A stretch of DNA of 64,000 nucleotides from Ministeria vibrans ATCC 50519 (taxonomy: Eukaryota; Protista; Filasterea). Under the pieces are notes generated by a model. The model ran no database searches. It saw only the letters and a list, made by a program, of their open reading frames with translations, and was not told the origin of the DNA. Shown piece by piece: positions 11,917-22,713 of this stretch (position 1 is its first letter; every line of letters starts with the position of its first letter). Made by a program: the position numbers and the translations under genes. The stretch covers positions 21,053 through 85,052 of the forward strand of contig CALSCP010002362.1 in NCBI GenBank assembly GCA_943704425.1, in the 5' to 3' direction.

Positions 11917-14172
11917 ATGGTCGCGACTCTCCTGTTTGCGGCGACCGCGACCGCCGACAGCGACAAAGCCTTCATCGCGACTGTTGACGGGAATCTGCAG
12001 CTCAGTGCGGCACCGAACCGCTCCGTCATCGTCGAAGGTGTTGGCGACCTGGCGGCGAACCTGACGACACTGCATGTCGGTAACGAGGAGCTGCGCACAG
12101 CCAACGACGAGCTCCGCGCAATGCTGCATGCGGTGGAGGTGAATCTGACGCAAGTCACATCTCTTATCTCTACCGTGGCGACGCTTGTGGTGGACGTCAC
12201 GGAACTGCGCGCAGAGAACACAGAATTGCGCGCAGAGAACACCGAGCTCCGTCGCAGCCTGACGAGTCTCTCGTTCACTACCACCCTGCTGCTCGACCAT
12301 GTCGGACTGAACACGACCAATACGACTACACCACCGGCGCCAACTCCCGGCACTTGCGCGTATTCTGAGTACTCGGACTATTCTCTCTGCTCCGCCCTCT
12401 GTGACGGCGGTACGCAGGGCCGCTCCCGCAATGTGACCGTCGACATTCCCGGCTTGTCGTGCAATGGTACCGCCAATCTGGTGGATACTCGCTCTTGTAA
12501 TACACACGCATGCGCGGTGGACTGTGTGCTTGGTGCCCCCGGCAACTGGAGCGAATGCTCGGCGACGTGTGGCGGCGGACAAAAATTTCGCTTCCGCCCC
12601 ATTCTCATGCATCCCCAGAACGGTGGCGTCGCCTGTCCGTCTCTGGTTGACACGACCTCGTGCAACACACAAGTTTGCCTGACCACCATCTGCCCCGGCG
12701 GCGTCTTCACGACAGCATCTTCTCTCCAACGTCTCAAGGAGTGTGACTTTATCGCCGGCGACGTAGTTCTCTCTGGCATGGTTGATGTGATTGTCCTCAG
12801 TGACTTTATGGGCAATGTCACGCAAATTAACGGGACGCTCCGTGGATTCTCGGCGGTGGGTATCACATCATTTGGCTTGATGAACCTGACCCACATCACC
12901 AGCAACTTTGAGATGATTAATATGGACGGTCTCACTGACTTTGCAGGACTAGAGAAAGTGGTGGTGATTGGTGGAGATTTTATCTTGGATGACTGTCGCT
13001 CTTTGGTTAATATCACCGGCCTTGGAGTGACATCTATTGGAGGCAAGTTGGATGTAAAAAACATGCCGGCGATGACCACACTTGGACTGGCGAATCTGAC
13101 GGAGATCGCCGGTGACTTTACGCTCTCGGACGGGCCACAAAAAATGGAACTTCTTGTGTCCATTGCTTTCAGCCGGCTGAGCACGACCTCGGGCTTTTCT
13201 ATAACTATTTCGTTCACGCGTGGAATGGAGTTGCTCGCAGTCATGTCGTTCCCTGCCCTCACTTCGACTTCGTCCTTTACCATTAATGTGGGGGGTTCAG
13301 GACTATATGTACTTACAACCATTTCTTTCCCCGTTCTCATGTCAACGTCGGCCTTCATTATTTATGCTGGAAGTTCAGGAATGGCGGATCTCACAACCAT
13401 CTCGTTCCCTGACCTCGTGTCAACGTCATCCTTTTCCATTTCTACCAGTTCAGGAGGAATGGCACAACTCACAACCATGTCGTTCCCTGTCCTCATGTCA
13501 ACGTCATCCTTTTCCATCTCCTCCACGCATATTGGCGGAATGCAGCGACTCGCAACAATATCTTTCCCTGCTCTCTCATCAACGTCGTCATTTTCCATTT
13601 CCGCGGGGGAAACTACCTCAATGATGGTTCTCACAACCATCTCGTTTCCTGTTCTAACGTCAACATCGACTTTTTCCATTTCTGCGACCGTAAGTTCTAG
13701 TATGCCAGCTCTCTCAACCCTATATTTCCCTGCCCTCTCATCAGCTGCATCCTTCTCCATTGCTTCTTCTGCAACTGCCCCCGTTTTCCCTTCCCTTCTA
13801 AGCCTTTTTTCATTCAACAATCTCACACGGGTGTCCGACGGACAACTTTTTCTCTCTCGATGCGATTCTCTCACTTCCATTTCCGGCTTTACGTCACTCT
13901 CACGCGCCCATTCGCTCCGAATGGAATATCTCCCTGCCCTGACCACCATCCAAGCACTCACCTCTCTGCAAACAATCGACAACAGTCTGATTGTTCAAAA
14001 CACCGCCCTTGCCTCGGTCGACTTTCTCTCCTCTGTGACATCTATCGGCACGACCACATCGATCACGAGCAACTCTCGATTGGCTCTGTGTCAGTCGCTG
14101 CAGTCGAGCCTCCAAAGTGCGACCGCCGGGACGACGACCATCAGTGGCTACGGCTCTCTTGATGCGTGCTAG
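11917..14172 (+). CDS. Secreted protein, paralogue B of 7869-9968 (divergent orientation; 5' end uncertain)
   Basis: Same architecture, near-identical TSP1, L-domain entry and C-terminal cap (RLALCQSLQSSLQSATAGTTTISGYGSLDAC); longer coiled coil; repeats LTTISFPVLxSTSSFSI. Confidence 0.88.
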   Translation: MVATLLFAATATADSDKAFIATVDGNLQLSAAPNRSVIVEGVGDLAANLTTLHVGNEELRTANDELRAMLHAVEVNLTQVTSLISTVATLVVDVTELRAENTELRAENTELRRSLTSLSFTTTLLLDHVGLNTTNTTTPPAPTPGTCAYSEYSDYSLCSALCDGGTQGRSRNVTVDIPGLSCNGTANLVDTRSCNTHACAVDCVLGAPGNWSECSATCGGGQKFRFRPILMHPQNGGVACPSLVDTTSCNTQVCLTTICPGGVFTTASSLQRLKECDFIAGDVVLSGMVDVIVLSDFMGNVTQINGTLRGFSAVGITSFGLMNLTHITSNFEMINMDGLTDFAGLEKVVVIGGDFILDDCRSLVNITGLGVTSIGGKLDVKNMPAMTTLGLANLTEIAGDFTLSDGPQKMELLVSIAFSRLSTTSGFSITISFTRGMELLAVMSFPALTSTSSFTINVGGSGLYVLTTISFPVLMSTSAFIIYAGSSGMADLTTISFPDLVSTSSFSISTSSGGMAQLTTMSFPVLMSTSSFSISSTHIGGMQRLATISFPALSSTSSFSISAGETTSMMVLTTISFPVLTSTSTFSISATVSSSMPALSTLYFPALSSAASFSIASSATAPVFPSLLSLFSFNNLTRVSDGQLFLSRCDSLTSISGFTSLSRAHSLRMEYLPALTTIQALTSLQTIDNSLIVQNTALASVDFLSSVTSIGTTTSITSNSRLALCQSLQSSLQSATAGTTTISGYGSLDAC

Positions 14173-14480
14173 GGATTATGGGGTTTATTAAAGTTTTCGA
14201 GTCGTTTTCTGCGTTTAGTCAAGGTAGTGTCGACATGCGGCAATGTTGATGTTGTCAAAACAGCAGTGGTCGTAGGTGACGATGAAGTTGTTCTTCTTCT
14301 TGTGTGTGTGGACAGGGATCGCAAGAAGAAGAGAGGGCGAGTATGGCGTTGGGGTAAGGTCGAGTTGGTGCCGGAATCGAAAGTGAGGTCTAGAGCCGGA
14401 ATAGTTGCGAGTATACGAAGCAGAAAAATTACCCACTCCTGTGCTTCAAAAGATCGTATTGGTGTAATCTAATAAAATTA

Positions 14481-14675
14481 CTACACCTTCATTGCCCCCC
14501 TCTTCGTTCCTTCCACCCCTAAAGTAGGTCTCTGCTCAAACTCGAGCAGCTCAACGCCGAGATCACGAATATTCGCGCTTGGGATCAACGCACTCAATCT
14601 TTCCTCAAGAACCGCAAACGAGGGCCGATCTGCCGCTTCTCCACTCCAGCACGTTATCAAAATCAAAAACACATT
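14481..14675 (-). other. Duplicated terminal kinase exon (alternative last exon or relic)
   Basis: NVFLILITCWSGEAADRPSFAVLEERLSAL...AMKV* parallels the real last exon 14981-15172; intact tctgcag acceptor in the same phase. Confidence 0.75.
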
Positions 14676-14980
14676 CTGCAGACAAGTCAATAAATGTCAG
14701 CCACAACAATCAACAACAACAGTCAATCAATGTCAGCCACAACAATCAAAACACTACCAAACACTGATTTTTGGACACCCAGGTGGCAAGCAGTGGGAAG
14801 ACGCCTTATCTGCTTTGTGATATACTTTAACGAGTAGGAAAAGAGTTTTCAACAAAATACAGCGCAAAGAAAGGGGATAATTCTTAGACTAAAGCAGACC
14901 AACAGCAACCAATAATACCTCATGAAACCCATCAAACCCGGTTCTGATCTTTAACAAAATTCCATCAAGGGACCTTTTAC

Positions 14981-17900
14981 TCACACCTTAACAACCCCTT
15001 TTGTGGCATCCACACCCAACACCGCCCGCTGCTCAAACTGCAGCAACTCAGCGCCAAGGTCGCGGGCACTAGCACGTGTGATCAGCGCAGATAAGCGTTC
15101 CTCAAGAGCCACAAACGAGGGCCGCTCTGCCGCCTCTGCACTCCAGCACGCTTTCAAAATTGAAAACACGTTCTGTAGAGACGAGTTGAACGTACACTTG
15201 TCAGCTAAAAAAAATTTCAACAACAACATTAACACTGACCTTCGGACATCCAGGCGGCAGCTCAAGCCTGCGACCGGTTTGCACAAACGGTACAATGCCG
15301 TTGATAGGCACATCGCGGTACGGCCGGACCTTGCCAAACGTGAACAGCTCCCACACAAGGACACCAAATGACCACTACATACAGTGTTACACTCAAGACA
15401 CCTGCTACCGTGCCATCACTTACCACATCACTCTTCTCAAGCAGGAACACCGCCTCCGTCAGCGCCTCCACTGGCATCCAGCGCATTGGCAGCTGACTCC
15501 CGTGCGGAATCTTGTAGCGGTCGTGACCTCGCTCAAGGCGCACCGCCAAGCCAAAGTCGCTCACCTTGACCACATTCTGTGCATATACAAGGCAGTTGCG
15601 CGCCGCAAGGTCGCAGTGCAGCACACCATTCTCCGCAAGAAAGCCCATGGCCGACGCCACCTGCACAGCCACGCCAATCAATTCCATAGGCGACACCTCA
15701 AGACGGTGGCGTTGCTTAAAGAGGCGCCGCACAAAGTTGCGCAGGTCACCGTACATGGCCAGCTCGGTCACAAGAAGCCACGGTTCGCGGTCCATGCATA
15801 CACCGGCCAGTTTGACAATACCCGCGTGTTTCGCACCCACATCCGCCAGTAGCTGTGCCTCGCGCACAAAATCGTCACGATCGCGCTGAGACGCATTCGC
15901 ATTGAGTGTCTTCACCGCGACAAGCTCTTCCTTCGTCGACGCAAGAATGACAAACCCAAAATTGCCTTTGCCGATCTCCTCCTCAAACTCCAGGCGCGAA
16001 CGGTCAAACTACAAAGATTAGCACAAATTCTTAATCATAACTCTTCTTCCCTCCCATCCAATGAAAATTACCTGACTTTCCACCATGAGTGCATTCATGT
16101 CGTGGCGCTCGTCATCGTACTCGCCCTCGTCATCGGCGACCTCGACAAGCTTGGGCATTGCTTCAAACACAGCCTTGTGCCGCTGGTGTTCCTGCGCCAG
16201 ACTCGCTCGTGTCTTCGTCTTGAGCGACAGCGACTGGACAATCAACAAGACACGCTCTGACTGCTGCGCCATCGCTACACCATCCTCCTCGAAAGCACCA
16301 CCGCCCTCCTCCATATCCTCCACGCGGTTACCGTACACAGTATCGCCATCGACGGGCTCTTCGCGATTCCCATATTCGGCGACCAACGACGCCGGTAGGT
16401 AGCCAGTTCCGTCACTGTTGCCGTACAGGGTTCCTTGGTAATCGCTGCCAGTCGCGTTGGAGTACCCTGCGCCCATGTAGCCGTAGCCCTCATGCTCATC
16501 GTCCTCGTCCTCGTCCTTGTCAACCAGACCGTAGTCGTTTTCGCCGCCGGCCACTAAGGAATGGAGATCGCCCTCCTCAGCGGCATCCTGGCTAGGCTCG
16601 CGCATACTCATTGTCTCTGCGAAACTGAGTAGTTGAATGGAGCGCTTTCGCCCAAGCAAGTCTGGATGCACAGAGGCAGAAGCGGACGATGCCTTTGGCT
16701 GCAGGCCAGCATGCATGCCACCCTCAACAGTCATGTCGTCGCATGCTTCGACGGAGTCTGGAATTCCCGACGCGCGCCCGCCGCCCTCGGACCACTCGTT
16801 GCTGTGACTGAAGCGCTGTCGCACATGAGCGATCGCATTCTTCCACTCGCGGCGCGGTCGTCCACTCAGGATGAAGAGAACCGCCAATAAGGCACCCTGT
16901 AGCGTGTTGAAGATCACAAACAAGTACCACAGGGCCACCTGCTGCGCTGCAATTGCCACTATAAATAAGGAAAGAATTAGAGAGAAAAGCGGTTTATTCG
17001 ATGTCACAGTATGATAATAGAAGCGACATTCTCATTACGTGGTGTGAAAAAAAACGTGACAAACTTACCGTAGGCAAAGATCCAGGTGAGACCAAGACAC
17101 GCGACAATGCCAAAGAAAACGCGCACCCTCGACTTGTCACTGGCGGCCTTGTCAGTAGCACGCGAGGTGCGAGCCAGATGATAGAAGACCGCAACCGTCA
17201 CAATCAGGTTGTACACGAGTACGCCGGCGATAGGAACAAGAAAGCCAATGATCAGTCCCCACTTGGAGTGAATCCAACAGTGATTCTCGCCGCCAAACTG
17301 AACACCGCCCTGGGTGGCCACATCGACAAGGGTAATCACGAGGGTAGCGACCGCTGCGCTGGCCCAGCCAACGATGAAGTAGAAGCGCAACGAGCGGCCC
17401 TGACCAAACACCTTGACAAGCAGAAAGTACAGGTTGTGCGCAATGCATGCCATCCATATGAATGAGGCCATGAGAGCAAAGTACAGGAGTATGCCGACAG
17501 CGCGACAGACTGACGTGTTCTGAGTCTTGGTGATGCCGGCGAGAAAAATCAAGTTGACGGCAAACAGCGCCACTGCCAGGTTTGCAATCATGGCAATGGG
17601 CTGCGTGCGGATCTTCTTGAGCAGCGCGTACGAGAGAACAATAAACAAACTTGCCACCATTGACAGTACGCATCCCAGGTAAGTGAGCACCGAGAGAGCG
17701 CGTGCGTCTGTCTCGCTCAACTGGGTCGCAAGTGGCGAGTTCCAGCCGGCGAGAATGGCAAACGAGGTCATATAGTGGCAGCGACGACAGCGGACAAGCG
17801 CCTGTGAATCAAGCTGCTTGCAGCGGCAGACTGTCTTGGTCGCGTGGCGCGTGTGTGCACGGCAGAGAGACGAAGACCACTGGCGCTTCCAGCGATCCCA

Positions 17901-20900
17901 CTGGACACAGAGACGATCGTCGGAAAACGACTCGTTGCGATGTTGCAGCGTTACGTCAATGGCGACTTCGTCGGGCAGATCCGTGACAGTGAGGTTCCCA
18001 AGCGAGAAGCCCACAATGTTGGAGTCGACCTTGTCAGACTGTGTGTCGTCCGTCGAGACAAACGGGTTCGAGTGGCTAACGAGAAAGCGCGACGACAAAC
18101 AGCTTTCGTTGAGACCGAGGTGAGCAACAAAACCACGCGGCACAACAAGTGTCTCGTTCAGACCCGTGTACGAACTTTCCACAAGCGAAGCGTTTTGGCG
18201 ACGCGCAAATTGAGCAGCCAAGCGACCTTGGACCGTGAACTGCGAGCTTCTGTCGCAGGAGACACGCGATGACGCCGCCCCAACAAATTGGTCAATGAGT
18301 TCGGGCGCGGCGCTGCTCTGGTTCGACTGGCGCAGTGTGTTGAGGGCCGAGGGCTCAAGTAGATTGCTCAGCACCGCAAAGGACGATGTCAGGGCACCAG
18401 TCGCCAGGTCCGCCTGTTCTCCACTGCTGGTGTCATTGCCCACGAGCGAATCGAGGACAGAGCCAAGCATTGACACGATGGTGTTGGCAGATGAGGCGGT
18501 GTGGTTGGTGTCGTCGAGCCAAGTGTTGTTATTGGTGAGTTGTAGAAGGGGGATGGTGGCTGCGGCTGCGGCTGCGACCGAACCGCTTGTGGTGGTTTTA
18601 TGCAGAGTGAGGGCAGTGAGAAGACACGTGACGGGAGCACTGCCACCGGATCCGGCCGTGTCGACAGTGCCCGCAGTGAAGGCAGCGGGGTTGATAAAGG
18701 CGGACACGCACAACTGGGGATTGTTGCCGAGTCGCGCGTCGCCAGTGATGTTCTGCAGACGAGCGAGGTCAAGTGCAATCAGACTCGGGAGCGATTCGGC
18801 AATAAGGGAGCCGTCAATATGCGCGAGGTGGGGCATGATCAAGTCGACAACGCGCGTCGCCGGTGAGTCGACAACACGGATATCACCGCGTACGCGACGC
18901 AACAAAGGCACTTGAACTGACTCGACTGACGTGGTGTTGATCGTGAGAGGGCCGTACAGATCACCGAGCGTGGCCAAGGGTGCGACCGAGCGCACATCCA
19001 CTCCAGAAAGATGAAGCCCTCCAAAAATGTGCGAGCAGCCAGCGTAGGCGTCGACACGCGCTTGTGAGGTGACAACTGTCTCGACGCGGCAGTCGCTTTG
19101 ACACTGGGGCCCCACAACCTCGGCGATACAGGTGCAGTTGTAGCGGTTCGTGTTCGCGTCGTCTTCGGCACAAGTGCCATCGTTCTCACAGGGTGACGAT
19201 GCGCACTCGTCAATGTTCGACTCGCACTGGGCGCCGGTGAAGCCCGGAGAGCACACGCAAGAGAAGGCGTCAAGAGCATTCACACATGTGCCGGCATTGA
19301 TGCATGGTGACGAGGAGCACTCATCGACTGCGAGTAGAGCCAGCTGTGCCGATGAAGCAGCGGTGGAGCCACACGAGCTGGTTGAGGAGAGAGGAACGCA
19401 GGTGCTGAGGCGACGACGGCCCGTGCTCAGTGGGCTCTCGGCCAGTGTCCAGGTGGACGGACTGTCAAGCGGCGCGGCGACATATACGAGACCATCGACA
19501 GTAGTTGCGTTTGCGTCGCGCGCAATGTGGATTTCGACAGCGCGCGCAAAGTCGGAGCCATTGAGCGACGGCACCCACAAGGAGTACACAATCTGCTGTG
19601 CCTTGACGGCGTTTGAGGGGAGTGTGGGTACTGCCAAGGCCGCCACAATGTCAGCAAGGACAACAGTTCCGTTCGCTGTGATGGCGTTTGCTGGTATGAT
19701 GACGGCGAGAGCGCCAAACGAAAGGGTTCCGCCTGCAGGCCCAACGATGGTGCCGGTCTGTTCGCAAGCGGCACCAACATAGTTCGCGGCGCACACACAC
19801 GTCGTACTGTTGATACCGTCAACACATGTGGCCCCGTTGGCACACGTGCTGGATGCACACTCATCAATGTTCGACTCGCACGCGATGCCTGTGAAACCGG
19901 CCAGACATGGGATTTTCACGCCACAAGTGGGACCCGTATAGAGGGTATTGCAGGTGCACAAAAACCCAGCCACGCTGTCTGTGCACGAACCGCCGTTTGA
20001 ACACGGCGACGAAGCACACTCGTCAACGTTGACATCGCACAATGTACCAGTCCAGCTCGAGTCGCATGTGCACGAGAAGGCGGAGTGGGTATCGACACAA
20101 ACAGCGCCGTTATGGCAAGGCGACGAAGCACACTCGTTGATGGCGTCATCGCAAAACTGACCGGTGAATCCTGGCGCACAGAAACACATAGTGCTGTTGG
20201 CGGCACAGGTTCCATCGTTTGCGCACGGTGTAGTGGTACAGTTGGTGGCGCAGGGGCTCGCATCGAGAATAATGATAATGTCGTCGGCAAAGCTGAGCAA
20301 TGCGTTGAGACCAAACTCGATGCGTTCGAACGACGCGGTTTGTTGTAGCACTGACTCAGCAGTGTAGTCGACGAGGGCGCCCGAGCAAGGGAGTGATTGG
20401 TGAAGCCAGTTTGTCGGGTCGAGGAAAACCCCGTTGCCAGCCGTGTTGGTGAAGACAGCGAGGGCGCTGTCGCAGGAAGTTCCGGTCCGCGTCGTCGGGC
20501 ACGCACAGATGTACGAAGACAGAGAAGCAATGCAAGTGCCACCGTTTGCGCACGGGGACGAGGCGCACGGGTCTGTGCATGTGTGGTTCGAGCTGCGAAA
20601 AATGGGCAAATTGAGTATCTGGGTTGAGCTTCGGTCTAAGAGATCGAAAATGGTGGCATTGAATTCTCTTATTGACTTACGCATGGGTACTGAACAGAAT
20701 GCCAGTATTGGGCTCAAAAGTCGCGTACGTATCCGTTGTAAGGGCCATTCCCGAAGCTGTCGCAGATGCCCTCAGAGAAACCGCCGCCGAAGAGGCGACA
20801 ACGACCAAGTCTCCGGAGCATGGGATCGCTCCTGCGTTCCAGTTGGCACTCACATCCCAAAATCTCGAGGAGTTGCTCGAAAAGAGTCGAGTGTCGGCTC

Positions 20901-20964
20901 TTACGGGCACGAGCAGGCAGAGGAGAAACAGGGCAACTGAAGTCGTGAGTTTGGGAGACAACAT
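14981..20964 (-). CDS. Adhesion GPCR-tyrosine kinase fusion receptor (AMN-like x2, EGF repeats, ZU5-like, receptor L domain, GAIN/GPS, 7TM, Tyr-rich linker, TK)
   Basis: Exons ~20964-20681, 20592-17069, 16958-16072, 16008-~15424, ~15363-15240, 15172-14981 joined by GT-AG introns (first three junctions checked in frame); signal peptide; NIDECASSPCxNGGTC EGFs; IVGPAGGTL..IIPANAI; CVQWD..WSSSLC..TSFAIL; family-B 7TM (TYLGCVLS, WMACIAHNLY, CWI, LGLTWIF, FNTLQG); kinase IGKGNFG, VAVKTL, HCDLAARNCLV, DFGLA, LPMRWMPVE. Confidence 0.88.
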
Positions 20965-21392
20965 ACCCGCCTGGTCCAGGGCAAGCGTGTCAGGTAACGT
21001 AAATGTGCGGTTTAGCCTCCCCTTTAAGGCCTGGCTTGTTGTTTGAGGCACGCTGAAGATAGTCGGATGGATAGAGAAAGAGAGAAAGAGAGACGAGAGT
21101 CAGTTTCGACAAATTTCCGCTTCAACATAGCTACGGCCGTGAGACACGATTCCGGTCATAACAGACAATTTCAACATTAATAAACAGACGAATAACAACC
21201 CCGTACACCAATAACATGACCAGATGGAGTGGAAATGGTACAGAATTTCCACGCGGCATGAAAGAACCACCTCGAAAAGAACGCCACAAAAAAAAAAAAA
21301 AAAAAAAAAACGTTTCAGCTTGTAAGACATTGCTTCTGCAGTAAAAGTACAAGAGGGGATGTGTGTATTGTAGTATGTAGACAAGCAGCGTC

Positions 21393-21688
21393 AAAAGAGC
21401 ACCAGGCTGTTGCCATAGACGGCAGAGACAGCGACGACTGCGCCGAAAATGACTACATCGCGTGCGACTCGCCTACGCATGGAAAACGGTCAGTGGCGCC
21501 ATGGAGGCGGCGGCGGCGGGCACAGGGCCGATGTCTTGCTCATGGGGACACGGTTGCTGTGAACCGCTGTGGAGGGGGGCTTACAGAATGGCGCTGATGG
21601 GGGTCGCGGGAGCGGACGGGCCAGCGGCTCCTGCGCTGGGCATTGACGGCTCTTCGGGGAACTCAAGCGAGGGGTTGGGGTCGTCCAT
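21393..21688 (-). CDS. ~61-aa tail-anchored microprotein, Tom6-like (2 exons; absent from ORF track)
   Basis: Splicing gtaagc...ctgac...gcgtag gives MDDPNPSLEFPEEPSMPSAGAAGPSAPATPISAILRVARDVVIFGAVVAVSAVYGNSLVLF*. Confidence 0.6.
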
Positions 21689-21863
21689 TGCTGCCGGTTT
21701 GGGAAGGAAAAAGATCAAGAGGACTGCCGAGAGTCGAGAGACTGAGAGAGATCAGAGAGAGTCAACGAAGAACTGTTGATTGAATTCTGCGTTAACGTAC
21801 GTTGATCAACAGAGTATAACTAATATCAGCTTTCAACACATTTATTTTTGAACAACCCTGAGC

Positions 21864-22659
21864 ATGTCTGAAGGACGCGAAATCAACTTGGCAACGCTGC
21901 CGTTGCCGCAGATGCAGCAGCTTCAACAGCAATTTCAACAGGTTTGCACATCTCTCTCTCTATCTCTCTCTCTCGCGCGCGCTCTCTCTCTCTCTCGCCC
22001 AGGCCCATCTACACCATCATCAAATGAACATGCTACTTACGGCGCTCTGCTGCTGGCTCTCTGTAGGAGATTGAGTATTTGACGCAGTCCTTTCGCCAAT
22101 TGAAAAAGGCGGAAGCGAAATTCGGCGGCGCCCAAAAGTCCATTGCGTCGTGCAAGACGAGTGAAGTGGGCCACGAGGTTCTTGTACCCCTTTCAAGTGC
22201 CGTACGAAGCTCCTCAAAATGTCCCTTTCGATCAACCAACACATTTTCGTCTTCTTTCTCTCCTACTCGCGCAGGTGTACGTCAAAGGGTCTCTTGACGC
22301 TCCCCAGACCTTCCTCGTGGACATTGGTACCGGGTATTTTGTCGAGAAGAACGCCGAAGACGCCGACAACTACTACAAGCGAAAGGAGGTATCACACGAG
22401 TTTTATTGATTGTTACTTTTCACTTCTTCTTTCCTAATCCGCTTTGTGTTTGCAGGAGTCTGTCCAAGCAAGCTCTAAGAATGTTGAGGGGATCATTGTG
22501 GAGAAACAGAAGAACCTGCAAGGTGAGCGCAACAGCAGAGCTAGAGAGAACACTGACACGAATGATCTTGTGCACGTCTTAGTGGTGACGGATGTGCTGC
22601 GCCAACGGATGGCAATGCAGCAGCAGATGCAACAACAGCAGGCTGCAGCAGCGAAATAA
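21864..22659 (+). CDS. PFDN5: Prefoldin subunit 5 (alpha type; multi-exon)
   Basis: INLATLPLPQMQQLQQQFQQ|EIEYLTQSFRQLK, EVLVPLSS|VYVKGSL..FLVDIGTGYFVEKNAEDADNYYKRK. Confidence 0.93.
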
Positions 22660-22713
22660 GGAGAGGGACCAGCGGCTCTGCTCTTTTGTGTATGAATTCT
22701 TCTCTTTGTGTGT

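Noticed and set aside
11683-13982. Long antisense ORFs over paralogue B, and similar ones over LSS, the receptor, SLX4 and MAP3K1
   Set aside because: Shadow ORFs of GC-rich coding sequence without motifs
19330-19760. Autoproteolytic ZU5 domain in the receptor
   Set aside because: ZU5-like start is present but the HFS cleavage motif is absent; only a basic RRRL site is seen
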